Shown in pieces: positions 1 to 6,567 of a DNA stretch of 14,198 nt (positions are counted from its first letter, which is position 1; every line of letters begins with the position of its first letter). The stretch covers positions 1 through 14,198 of the forward strand of contig DASXQR010000229.1 of assembly GCA_036507075.1 (NCBI GenBank). The letters run 5' to 3'. The position numbers were made by a program, and so were the translations under genes. The notes beneath the pieces were generated by a model. That model saw nothing but the letters and a program-made list of their open reading frames with translations. It was not told the DNA's origin and ran no database searches. This stretch comes from Acidobacteriota bacterium (lineage in GTDB: Bacteria > Acidobacteriota > UBA6911 > JACQSX01).

Positions 1-195
1 TCAATGAAATTTTCGCGAGGTAATTTTGAGAGAGGGCACGCGTTCTCCATGGATCTGCTGAGGGTGCATTGGGAGCGCGTGCTTAGGTACCTCGAGGCCG
101 GTAAGATCCACGGTTATACGATCCTTGGAGCACGCCACATCGACGGGGCACCAGAACAGGCTCGGTGGGTGCGCGACTTTATAGCCGCAAACTGA
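1..195 (+). CDS. 3' end (partial, runs off window start) of a member of the repeated 'IAAN' secreted protein family (putative TIM-barrel glycoside-hydrolase-like)
   Basis: The frame is open from base 1 (SMKFSRGNFERGHAFSMDLLRVHWERVLRYLEAGKIHGYTILGARHIDGAPEQARWVRDFIAAN*). It matches the last 64 aa of 300-1205 except RH vs YL. The ATG at 4 is an internal Met. Confidence 0.9.
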   Translation, partial: SMKFSRGNFERGHAFSMDLLRVHWERVLRYLEAGKIHGYTILGARHIDGAPEQARWVRDFIAAN

Positions 196-205
196 GCGGG
201 CCGTG

Positions 206-238
206 CCTGGGATGCGTCTCAGAATATGCATCCCCAGG
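206..238 (+). promoter_or_regulatory. Intergenic stem-loop just after the stop codon (mRNA-stabilising or processing element; no U-tract)
   Basis: CCTGGGATGC (206-215), a 12-nt loop, then GCATCCCCAGG (228-238): complementary with one bulged C. The core GGATGC/GCATCC is retained at 1218-1235. Confidence 0.5.
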
Positions 239-299
239 ATCGGTCTTGAAGGCAGGGAAGAACCAGGCAAAAACGGATCTGGACCCGAGGAAGGACATA

Positions 300-1205
300 A
301 TGAAGAGCATTTCACGGCGTGATCTCGTCAAGGGCGCACTGGCGGTTCCCGCTGCGGGTCTGCTAAGAAGCAGTTTGGCCCAGTCCAGCAATCCCATCAG
401 GCTGGCGAACTTCGGTTGGTCATGGGAAGGGCAAGGATTTGTCGGCGGAGCCGGTATGTCCTTGTACGGGCTTGGGGAGGGCGCCAAATATTTCGGGTTG
501 AAAAAGGTCTTCAATCTTTGGCGTCCCAACGACGACTTAGCGATGGAAAAGCTGCGCTCTTTTGATGAGGTGGTCTGCGAGATCTCGCCCAATCGCCCGA
601 TTCATTGCGGAGAGCGTTGCATGAAAAGCTTCTACGATCCGACCCCGGAGAAGTTTCTTGCTGAGGCCGAGAATGTCGGCGCTCTTTCAGTAAAATATCG
701 CAATATAAAAGGTGTCTACATTGACGATACACTCGGAAGCGATAAACCGAGCATGCTCACACCTGAGTTTTACGCGGCAATTTACAACACGCTCAAAAAG
801 GCTAATCCGGACTTAAAGATCTGGCAACTCGTCTATAGCAGGCAGTTATACAAGCAGGATTGGGCCGGTTTCAAGTCTCATATGGACGTGATCAAAATGA
901 GCGTATGGGATTCGCAGGAAGATCTGGATCTTGATCGTCACGTAGACCGGTGCCGAGAAATCTTCCCCGACAAGCCCCTCGTGCTGAACTGCTATCTCTG
1001 GGACTATTCGTCAATGAAATTTTCGCGAGGTAATTTTGAGAGAGGGCACGCGTTCTCCATGGATCTGCTGAGGGTGCACTGGGAGCGCGTGCTTAGGTAC
1101 CTCGAGGCCGGTAAGATTCACGGCTACACGATACTTGGAGCATATCTGATCGACGGAGCGCCAGAACAGGCTCGCTGGGTGCGGGACTTCATAGCGGCAA
1201 ACTGA
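300..1205 (+). CDS. Tat-exported uncharacterised protein, 'IAAN' family (putative (beta/alpha)8 glycoside-hydrolase-like), 301 aa
   Basis: SD-like GAGGAAGGA precedes the ATG at 300, so the GTG start at 165 in the ORF track is unlikely. The leader MKSISRRDLVKGALAVPAAGLLRSSLA|Q has a twin-arginine motif, an h-region and a small-residue signal peptidase site. Motifs NIKGVYIDD, HMDVIKM and FPDKPLVLNCY are shared with the paralogs. Confidence 0.9.
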   Translation: MKSISRRDLVKGALAVPAAGLLRSSLAQSSNPIRLANFGWSWEGQGFVGGAGMSLYGLGEGAKYFGLKKVFNLWRPNDDLAMEKLRSFDEVVCEISPNRPIHCGERCMKSFYDPTPEKFLAEAENVGALSVKYRNIKGVYIDDTLGSDKPSMLTPEFYAAIYNTLKKANPDLKIWQLVYSRQLYKQDWAGFKSHMDVIKMSVWDSQEDLDLDRHVDRCREIFPDKPLVLNCYLWDYSSMKFSRGNFERGHAFSMDLLRVHWERVLRYLEAGKIHGYTILGAYLIDGAPEQARWVRDFIAAN

Positions 1206-1402
1206 GCGGCGTGCTTGGGATGCGTCTCAGCATCCGCTCCTCCGGATCGTTCCTGAAGGCAGGAAGAACCAGGCGAAAACGGATTCTGGACCGAGGAAAT
1301 GACACAATGAAGAGCATTTCACGGCGTGATCTCATCAAGGGCGCACTGGCGGTTCCCGCTGCGGGCCTGCTCAGCAGCAGTTTTGCCCAGTCCGGCAATC
1401 CT
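1011..1402 (+). repeat. Direct repeat copy 2
   Basis: Aligns with 1-395. Near-identity ends after the signal peptide (...AQSGNP), beyond which the two genes are much more diverged. Confidence 0.92.
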
Positions 1403-2221
1403 GCTAAGGCCGGCAGACTGGCGGATTTCGGCTGGTCATGGGAAGGGCAGGGACTAACCGGGGGCGGGCTATCCATTTTTGGAGTGGGCGAAGGTGTCGA
1501 ATATTGGGGTCTGCGAAGAGCGTTCCTCATGTGGCACCCCAGTAACGAACTGGCTATGCAGAAGCTTCGCTCCCTGGAAGAGGTAATCTGCGAGATTTCA
1601 CCATCGGTCAAGCCGATCCGCTGTGGCGAGAATTGTGTGGAGATGGATTCCTTGCCGGCTTACGGCCAAAGGAGTGAAGATTTACTTAAGGAAGTCGAGA
1701 CGGTAGGGCGCCTTTCGTTGACCTATCCTAACATCAATGGTGTTTATCTGGACGACTCGCTTGGGCGTTCCGATCGAAAACCCAACGCCGTTACACCGCA
1801 ACTTTACGCGTCGATCCACAACACTCTGACGAAGGCGAACCCTAAGCTGAAGCTATGGGCACTTGTCTGGACCAGGCAGTTGTACGAAGAGGATTGGGTT
1901 GGTTTTAAGCCTTACATGGATGTCATCAAACTTACAATGCCGTGGACGACCATAGAGAAAGACATACCGCAGCTTGATCGCCATATAGAGAAATGCCGCG
2001 AAGTATTCCCCACCAAGCCGATAGTCCTTGGCTGTAATCTGTACCGGTTCGCACCTCTGATGCGACCTATGCCCATGGAACTGGTGAAGGCGCAGTGGGA
2101 ACGCGTACTTAATTATGTCCGCGGAGGCCAGATTAATGGTTATACGATTCTGGGGACATTCCTGATAGATGTTGCCCAAGAACAAGCTCGTTGGATACGC
2201 GATTTCATCGCAGCAAATTAG
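1307..2221 (+). CDS. Tat-exported uncharacterised protein, 'IAAN' family, 304 aa
   Basis: SD GAGGA precedes the ATG at 1307. The leader is MKSISRRDLIKGALAVPAAGLLSSSFA|Q. The mature domain is ~70% identical (hand count) to 12653-13558. Motifs NINGVYLDD, YMDVIKL, FPTKPIVLGC and EQARWIRDFIAAN are present. Confidence 0.9.
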   Translation: MKSISRRDLIKGALAVPAAGLLSSSFAQSGNPAKAGRLADFGWSWEGQGLTGGGLSIFGVGEGVEYWGLRRAFLMWHPSNELAMQKLRSLEEVICEISPSVKPIRCGENCVEMDSLPAYGQRSEDLLKEVETVGRLSLTYPNINGVYLDDSLGRSDRKPNAVTPQLYASIHNTLTKANPKLKLWALVWTRQLYEEDWVGFKPYMDVIKLTMPWTTIEKDIPQLDRHIEKCREVFPTKPIVLGCNLYRFAPLMRPMPMELVKAQWERVLNYVRGGQINGYTILGTFLIDVAQEQARWIRDFIAAN

Positions 2222-2300
2222 CAAATCTGGTCGCTGCCGGATGACCTGTCGTACTGAAATCGTTTAACGGGTGGCGCAAAAAAATCAAAAGGATGAATCG

Positions 2301-3422
2301 ATGGCAACGGCGACGACGACGATAGCACCTGTAACCCAATCGCAGCCGGCTTCAAAGACGGTCACTGAGCAGCGTTACGTTGCATTGGATGCTTATCGAG
2401 GTTTCATCATGTTCGTCTTGGCCTCGGAAGGCTTCGGCTTCGAACACTTAACCCATCACCCGACTTACGGGCGCATCGCCGCTTGGTTCGATCACGTCCC
2501 GTGGGAAGGAGCGGTATTTTGGGATCTAATCATGCCAGCATTCATGTTCATGGTTGGTGTCGCGATGCCTTTCTCGCTGGCGCGTCGACGGCAAGAAGGT
2601 GCCTCCAAGCGGCAGGAGTTCTGGCACGTGGTAGCTCGTGTCTTGAAACTCCTGCTTCTCAGCCAAATCCTGATTATCGCCTCGTCACAAAAGGTTCAGT
2701 TGAAGACCGTTAATACCCTCTTCACAATCGCTTTCGCGTATTTCTTTACATTCCTGATTCTAAAGCTGACATTTCGCTGGCAGGTGGTCACCGCCGTTCT
2801 GATCCTCTCGCTGCACTGGGCGTTGTTCGCGCTATTTCCCGGACCGGAAGGAGCATTTTCTCGCACCGGAAACATAGGAATGGTCATCGACAAAGCCCTA
2901 CTGGGGCACAACTACCCGGAATACGGAAACCCCGTAACGATCAATTTCATTACTGGCACTGTGACGATGCTGTTTGGCGCATGGACGGGCATGTTGCTGC
3001 GGAGCGACAGAACGCGCGCTCAGAAGTTGAAAATTCTGGGGATCGCTACAGTGGCAGCATTCGCCGGCGGCCTGGCGCTCTCGCCTGTTAATCCTATCAT
3101 CAAGCTTCTGTGGACAGCCTCATTTACCCTTTATAGCACCGGCTGGGTCTTGCTGATGATGCTCGCCTTTATCATTGTCATCGAAGTGTGGGGATATCGT
3201 AAATTTGCCTTTCCGCTGGTTGTAGTCGGGATGAACTCTATCTTCATCTACTCATGCACCTTTCTCCTGAAACCAGCGATTGATGGTTGGCTGATGGGGT
3301 TTACCGGAGGTTTTAAGTTTGTTGGTGAGCTTGCTCCGGTGGCCCAGAGCTGTGCGGCCATGCTCGTGCTATGGTATCTGTGTTATTGGCTGTACCAGCA
3401 CAAAATTTTTATCAAGGCTTGA
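2301..3422 (+). CDS. Heparan-alpha-glucosaminide N-acetyltransferase-like (HGSNAT / DUF5009 / COG4299) integral membrane acyltransferase, 373 aa
   Basis: Family motifs RYVALDAYRG, FDHVPWEGAVFWDLIMPAFMFMVGVAMPFS (conserved His), PIIKLLWTASF, VVGMNSIFIY and C-terminal LYQHKIFIKA are present, with many hydrophobic helices. AAAGGA lies upstream of the ATG at 2301; GTG 2271 is an alternative start. Confidence 0.88.
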   Translation: MATATTTIAPVTQSQPASKTVTEQRYVALDAYRGFIMFVLASEGFGFEHLTHHPTYGRIAAWFDHVPWEGAVFWDLIMPAFMFMVGVAMPFSLARRRQEGASKRQEFWHVVARVLKLLLLSQILIIASSQKVQLKTVNTLFTIAFAYFFTFLILKLTFRWQVVTAVLILSLHWALFALFPGPEGAFSRTGNIGMVIDKALLGHNYPEYGNPVTINFITGTVTMLFGAWTGMLLRSDRTRAQKLKILGIATVAAFAGGLALSPVNPIIKLLWTASFTLYSTGWVLLMMLAFIIVIEVWGYRKFAFPLVVVGMNSIFIYSCTFLLKPAIDGWLMGFTGGFKFVGELAPVAQSCAAMLVLWYLCYWLYQHKIFIKA

Positions 3423-3448
3423 GCCCATCGGGTGCTGCGCTGGCCTGC

Positions 3449-4273
3449 CGGAGAGGCGATTTTTCTGAGCTGTTACCGTCGCGTGTGATCAAGGACCCCC
3501 TCACCGGCAATGCGTTCCCGGGAAACATCATTCCTTCGAATAGATTGAATCCATTATCCCAAAAAGTTCAGGAGAAATATTTTCCTCTTCCTAACCGTGG
3601 TGCCACCGGTGCCTTGACTTCCAACTACGCCTTCTTGCATCCTTACCCCAATAATTTTTTTAAGATCGATTATCTTACTCAACGGATCGACCACAAGATC
3701 TCGGAAAACAATGAGTTATCTGGCAGAGTGACGCAGGATTGGGCTCCTTACTTAATAGCTCTTAGTTTTCCCGGCCTCGCGCGGACAAGGACGCTCCACG
3801 CCGGTCATATCGCAGTAAGTGACACCCACACTTTCTCACCCAGTCTGGTCAACTCTTTCCGCTTCGGGTGGGTTCCACTCAATATTACCGATGGGAAGCA
3901 AGTTGACGGTTTTACACCACCGCAGGGAGATCAGGTGGTAGCTGAGTTGGGCCTACAGGGTGTCAATCCGCGAGGGCTGAAGGCGATGGGATTTCCCAAC
4001 AGGTCTATCACTGGATATCCGGCTTTGTCCGTCCCGGGAGGGGGCATTGCGCACCTGGAAAATATCTTTTCCTATGCCGACTCGATGACCTGGATAGTCA
4101 GAAAACATATTTTGAAATTTGGAGGTGAACTGAGGACCTTTAGTCACCTCGGCAGCACGGTTGCTGTTGGCACCTATGGAAGTTTTAGTTTTAACGGTTC
4201 AATCACTGGGTACGGGTATGGCGATTTCTTTCTAGGAATCCCTTTCAGCAGTACGCGGCTTGATCCTCTGGTT
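3449..4273 (+). pseudogene. Internal fragment of a second Oar-like TonB-dependent receptor (equivalent to aa 336-610 of 9329-12613), fused in frame to the next fragment
   Basis: RRGDFSELLPSRVI...RLDPLV is colinear with 10334-11158, both 825 bp with no indels and ~61 of 275 aa different. It lacks the signal peptide, N-terminal domain, plug and C-terminal barrel half. Confidence 0.9.
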
Positions 4274-4534
4274 AAGGATGTGGCCAACTTGGACCGTATC
4301 GTGGATCGTAGTCAAAAACTGTTTCCGGGCAAATCGATTGTTTTGACCTGCTCTCTCTGGGATTACACTTTCCAAACTCCCATGCCTCTGAGCGTCCTCA
4401 AGCGTCAATGGAATCGGGTGCTTGATTATGTTCAAGACGGCAGAATCTCGGGGTATGTGATCTTCGCCAGCTTTCTCATCGATAGCGTGCAGGAGCAGGC
4501 CCGGTGGGTGCGTGACTTCATCGCGGCAAACTAG
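4274..4534 (+). pseudogene. C-terminal fragment (86 aa) of an 'IAAN' family protein, in frame with the TBDR fragment
   Basis: KDVANLDRIVDRSQKLFPGKSIVLTCSLWDY...QEQARWVRDFIAAN* aligns with KDLAELDRHIAKCREVFPGKPLVLGC... of the paralogs. Confidence 0.9.
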
Positions 4535-4558
4535 AACTTTGTGATGATTGAAAGTTTA

Positions 4559-4576
4559 CATCACGTGGACGTGATG
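4559..4576. promoter_or_regulatory. Perfect inverted repeat / stem-loop between two family fragments
   Basis: CATCACGT-GG-ACGTGATG. A second weak one, AACTTT...AAAGTT, lies at 4535-4556. No U-tract. Confidence 0.4.
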
Positions 4577-4605
4577 ACCGGTATGCGAGAAAGGACGATA
4601 ATCTC

Positions 4606-4782
4606 ATGAAAAGTGTTTCACGACGAGAACTGGTTAGCAGGGGGTTTGGTGGTTCGGAAGCAGCACGCGTTCAGAGCACTTCGTCGAAAGCCAAACCGGG
4701 CAAAACTGACTGATGTTGGCTGGTCCTGGGAGGGCAAGGATTGACCGGTGGAGAAGGGCTGTCGATTTTTGGGGTCGGTGAA
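4606..4782 (+). pseudogene. Frameshifted, truncated N-terminus of an 'IAAN' family gene (closest to 12653-13558)
   Basis: SD AAAGGA precedes the ATG at 4606. It reads MKSVSRRELVSRGFGGSEAARVQSTSSKAKPGK, then +1 nt in an A run (stop at 4711-4713 in frame), LTDVGWSWEG in the shifted frame, then -1 nt and LTGGEGLSIFGVGE back in frame. Homology stops at ~4782. Not in the ORF track. Confidence 0.85.
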
Positions 4783-4790
4783 CGCGTCAA

Positions 4791-5037
4791 CCGCAGTATG
4801 TGCCGATGAAACAAGGCTTCGATTCGTACTTTGGCATTCCTTATTCGAACGACATGGACGCGGCGGGAGTGAACCTCTCAGCCGAAGAGTGCCGCCGCCG
4901 CCGCGAGGTCAGTCCGCAGATCGAACGTTCCTCTGATGCGCAACGAGGACGTCATCGAACGTCCGGCGGAGCAGACGACGATCACGAAACTTTACACCGA
5001 CGAAGCGGTCAAATTCATCAAGGACAATCAAAGCCGC
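4791..5037 (+). pseudogene. Internal fragment of a formylglycine-dependent (S1, arylsulfatase A-like) sulfatase, frameshifted
   Basis: PQYVPMKQGFDSYFGIPYSNDM (frame of 4800) and NVPLMRNEDVIERPAEQTTITKLYTDEAVKFIKDNQSR (frame of 4936) match the segment between GKWHLG and PFFLY in this family. The catalytic CxPxR N-terminus and the C-terminal half are absent. Confidence 0.8.
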
Positions 5038-5111
5038 TGCACTACAAGAGCTATCGAGTCGTCGGCAAGGGCATTGGCCAAGTCAGATACAAGATCTTGT
5101 TGTCTCGCGCC

Positions 5112-5143
5112 GGCCGACAAGATCGAGGCCGACAAGATCGAGG
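5112..5143 (+). repeat. Perfect 15-bp tandem duplication
   Basis: GGCCGACAAGATCGA x2 + GG. Confidence 0.9.
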
Positions 5144-5194
5144 TCGCACCCGTGCAATTCTTAAAATTCGGATGAATAATCCCGAGGAGGGAAA

Positions 5195-6307
5195 ATGCGC
5201 CTTGCGCGCGCCATCTGCTCATGCTTCGCAATTGGACTATCCTTCTCCAGCCCCCTGTTACTCGCACAGGCGACATTCAGAGTGGGTGTGGTGGGCCTGG
5301 TGCACGGACACGCCAACCAGTTTCTGAACGATGCGACCAAGAGAAAGGACGTGCAGATTGTCGGCATTGTGGAGACCGACTCGTCGGTGGTCCAAAAATA
5401 CCAGAGTCGGTACAACCTCGACCCGGGCCTGTTCTATTCGCAACTTGACGCAATGCTCGACACCCGAAAGCCCGAAGCCGTCTTGGTCTTCACCAACACC
5501 TTCGATCATCGCTCCGTAGTGGAAGCGTGCCGCAAGCGCGGCATCCATGTGATGATGGAAAAGCCGCTCGCCGTCAGCCTTGAGCACGCCACGGCGATGG
5601 CCGAGGCCGCACGCGACGGCAAGATCCATGTACTGGTGAATTACGAGACGACCTGGTACCCGAACAATCAAGCTCTTCACTCGATCGTGCATCAGAGCAA
5701 TTTCGGGGAAATCCGCAAGATGGTGGCCCACGACGGCCATGCTGGTCCCAAAGAACTCGGCGCCGAACCGGAATTTCTTTCATGGCTCGTCGATCCAGTG
5801 CTCAACGGTGCCGGGGCGCTGATGGATTTCGGCTGTTACGGAGCGAATCTATTCACTTGGCTGATGAACAATCAGCGTCCTCTCTCAGTGACTGCGGTGA
5901 CCCAGCAAATCAAGCCGCAGATTTATTCCCGGGTGGACGACGAGGCGACCATCATTGTGACCTATCCTCGTGCGCAGGGAATCATTCAAGCATCCTGGAA
6001 TTGGCCTTTCAACCGAAAGGATCTGGAAGTTTACGGTCAAACCGGTTCGGCAGTAACAATCAGGAGCAACGACATTCGTCTGCGAGTAGGTGAAAGGCCG
6101 GAAGAGCACATAACCCCGAGACAACCGGACCCTCCCGCCGATGACCCCATTCATTATTTTGCCGCCGTTGTGCGAGGAGAGATACAGCCGACGGGATTGT
6201 CGTCGCTTGAGAACAACGTAATTGTCACCGAAATTTTGGAGGCCGCCCGTCGCTCGGCCAGGTCAGGCCAGACGGTGCTGCTTCCGCTCAAACAAGCAGA
6301 CCGCTGA
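5195..6307 (+). CDS. Gfo/Idh/MocA family NAD(P)-dependent oxidoreductase with N-terminal signal peptide, 370 aa
   Basis: Strong SD GAGGAGG. Rossmann start FRVGVVGLVHGH, VFTNTFDH, GIHVMMEKPLA and GAGALMDFGCY are family motifs. The leader is MRLARAICSCFAIGLSFSSPLLLA|Q. Confidence 0.92.
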   Translation: MRLARAICSCFAIGLSFSSPLLLAQATFRVGVVGLVHGHANQFLNDATKRKDVQIVGIVETDSSVVQKYQSRYNLDPGLFYSQLDAMLDTRKPEAVLVFTNTFDHRSVVEACRKRGIHVMMEKPLAVSLEHATAMAEAARDGKIHVLVNYETTWYPNNQALHSIVHQSNFGEIRKMVAHDGHAGPKELGAEPEFLSWLVDPVLNGAGALMDFGCYGANLFTWLMNNQRPLSVTAVTQQIKPQIYSRVDDEATIIVTYPRAQGIIQASWNWPFNRKDLEVYGQTGSAVTIRSNDIRLRVGERPEEHITPRQPDPPADDPIHYFAAVVRGEIQPTGLSSLENNVIVTEILEAARRSARSGQTVLLPLKQADR

Positions 6308-6567
6308 CCCAATCTTGTCTCCCCTGAATCGGTTGTGACATTCCGTCCGCCGTGCCGCTGCGTTCGATGAAGAGATATGAGAACTGTGCGCTCCCGTCGA
6401 TCACACCTGTAGCACTGCCTCAGCGCTGGTCAGATTGTTTGTTCCTTGCTCGCAGGACGATAGAGTCGGTTGTGAAGGTGTCTAACGCGTCAGCGCCGGG
6501 CTGATAAACGTAAGGACGCACCTCCGCTGTTGTGACACACAAGGCTGGTCTGTGGGGGACACGGTGG

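Larger units (their letters stand above)
1..395 (+). repeat. Direct repeat copy 1 (gene 3' end + intergenic + Tat leader), period ~1010 bp
   Basis: 1-195 vs 1011-1205 show 16 mismatches by hand count, and the first 68 nt are identical. Intergenic 196-299 aligns with 1206-1306 with small indels. Leader 300-395 vs 1307-1402 gives 28/32 identical aa. Confidence 0.92.

Noticed and set aside
165..299. N-terminal extensions of the ORFs starting at 165 and 1211
   Set aside because: The homologous intergenic regions differ by indels and translate differently. SD sequences and Tat leaders place the starts at 300 and 1307.
196..299. Integron attC-like sites between tandem genes
   Set aside because: No RYYYAAC...GTTRRRY core structure and no integrase. 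The genes are paralogs rather than unrelated cassettes.
1..1205. Diversity-generating retroelement (TR/VR pair) suggested by near-identical gene 3' ends
   Set aside because: Mismatches are mostly synonymous C/T and C/G changes rather than adenine-specific, both copies are coding, and no reverse transcriptase is in the window.
3371..3448. ATG 3371 as a genuine start of a 387-aa protein
   Set aside because: It overlaps the acetyltransferase 3' end by 52 nt, has no clear SD or signal peptide, and has no homology to the TBDR before 3449.
5112..5143. CRISPR or IS-associated repeat
   Set aside because: Only two adjacent 15-bp units, with no spacers, cas genes or transposase.
4800..5327. 175-aa ORF (and ORFs 4748-4936 and 4936-5175) as real genes
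   Set aside because: They are composites of out-of-frame pseudogene fragments, and the longest overlaps the well-supported 5195 gene.
6308..6567. Rho-independent terminator or repeat element between the convergent genes; GTTGTGA occurs three times (~6332, ~6469, ~6529)
   Set aside because: No strong stem with a U-tract. The 7-10 bp matches are irregularly spaced in a region without promoters and could be chance.
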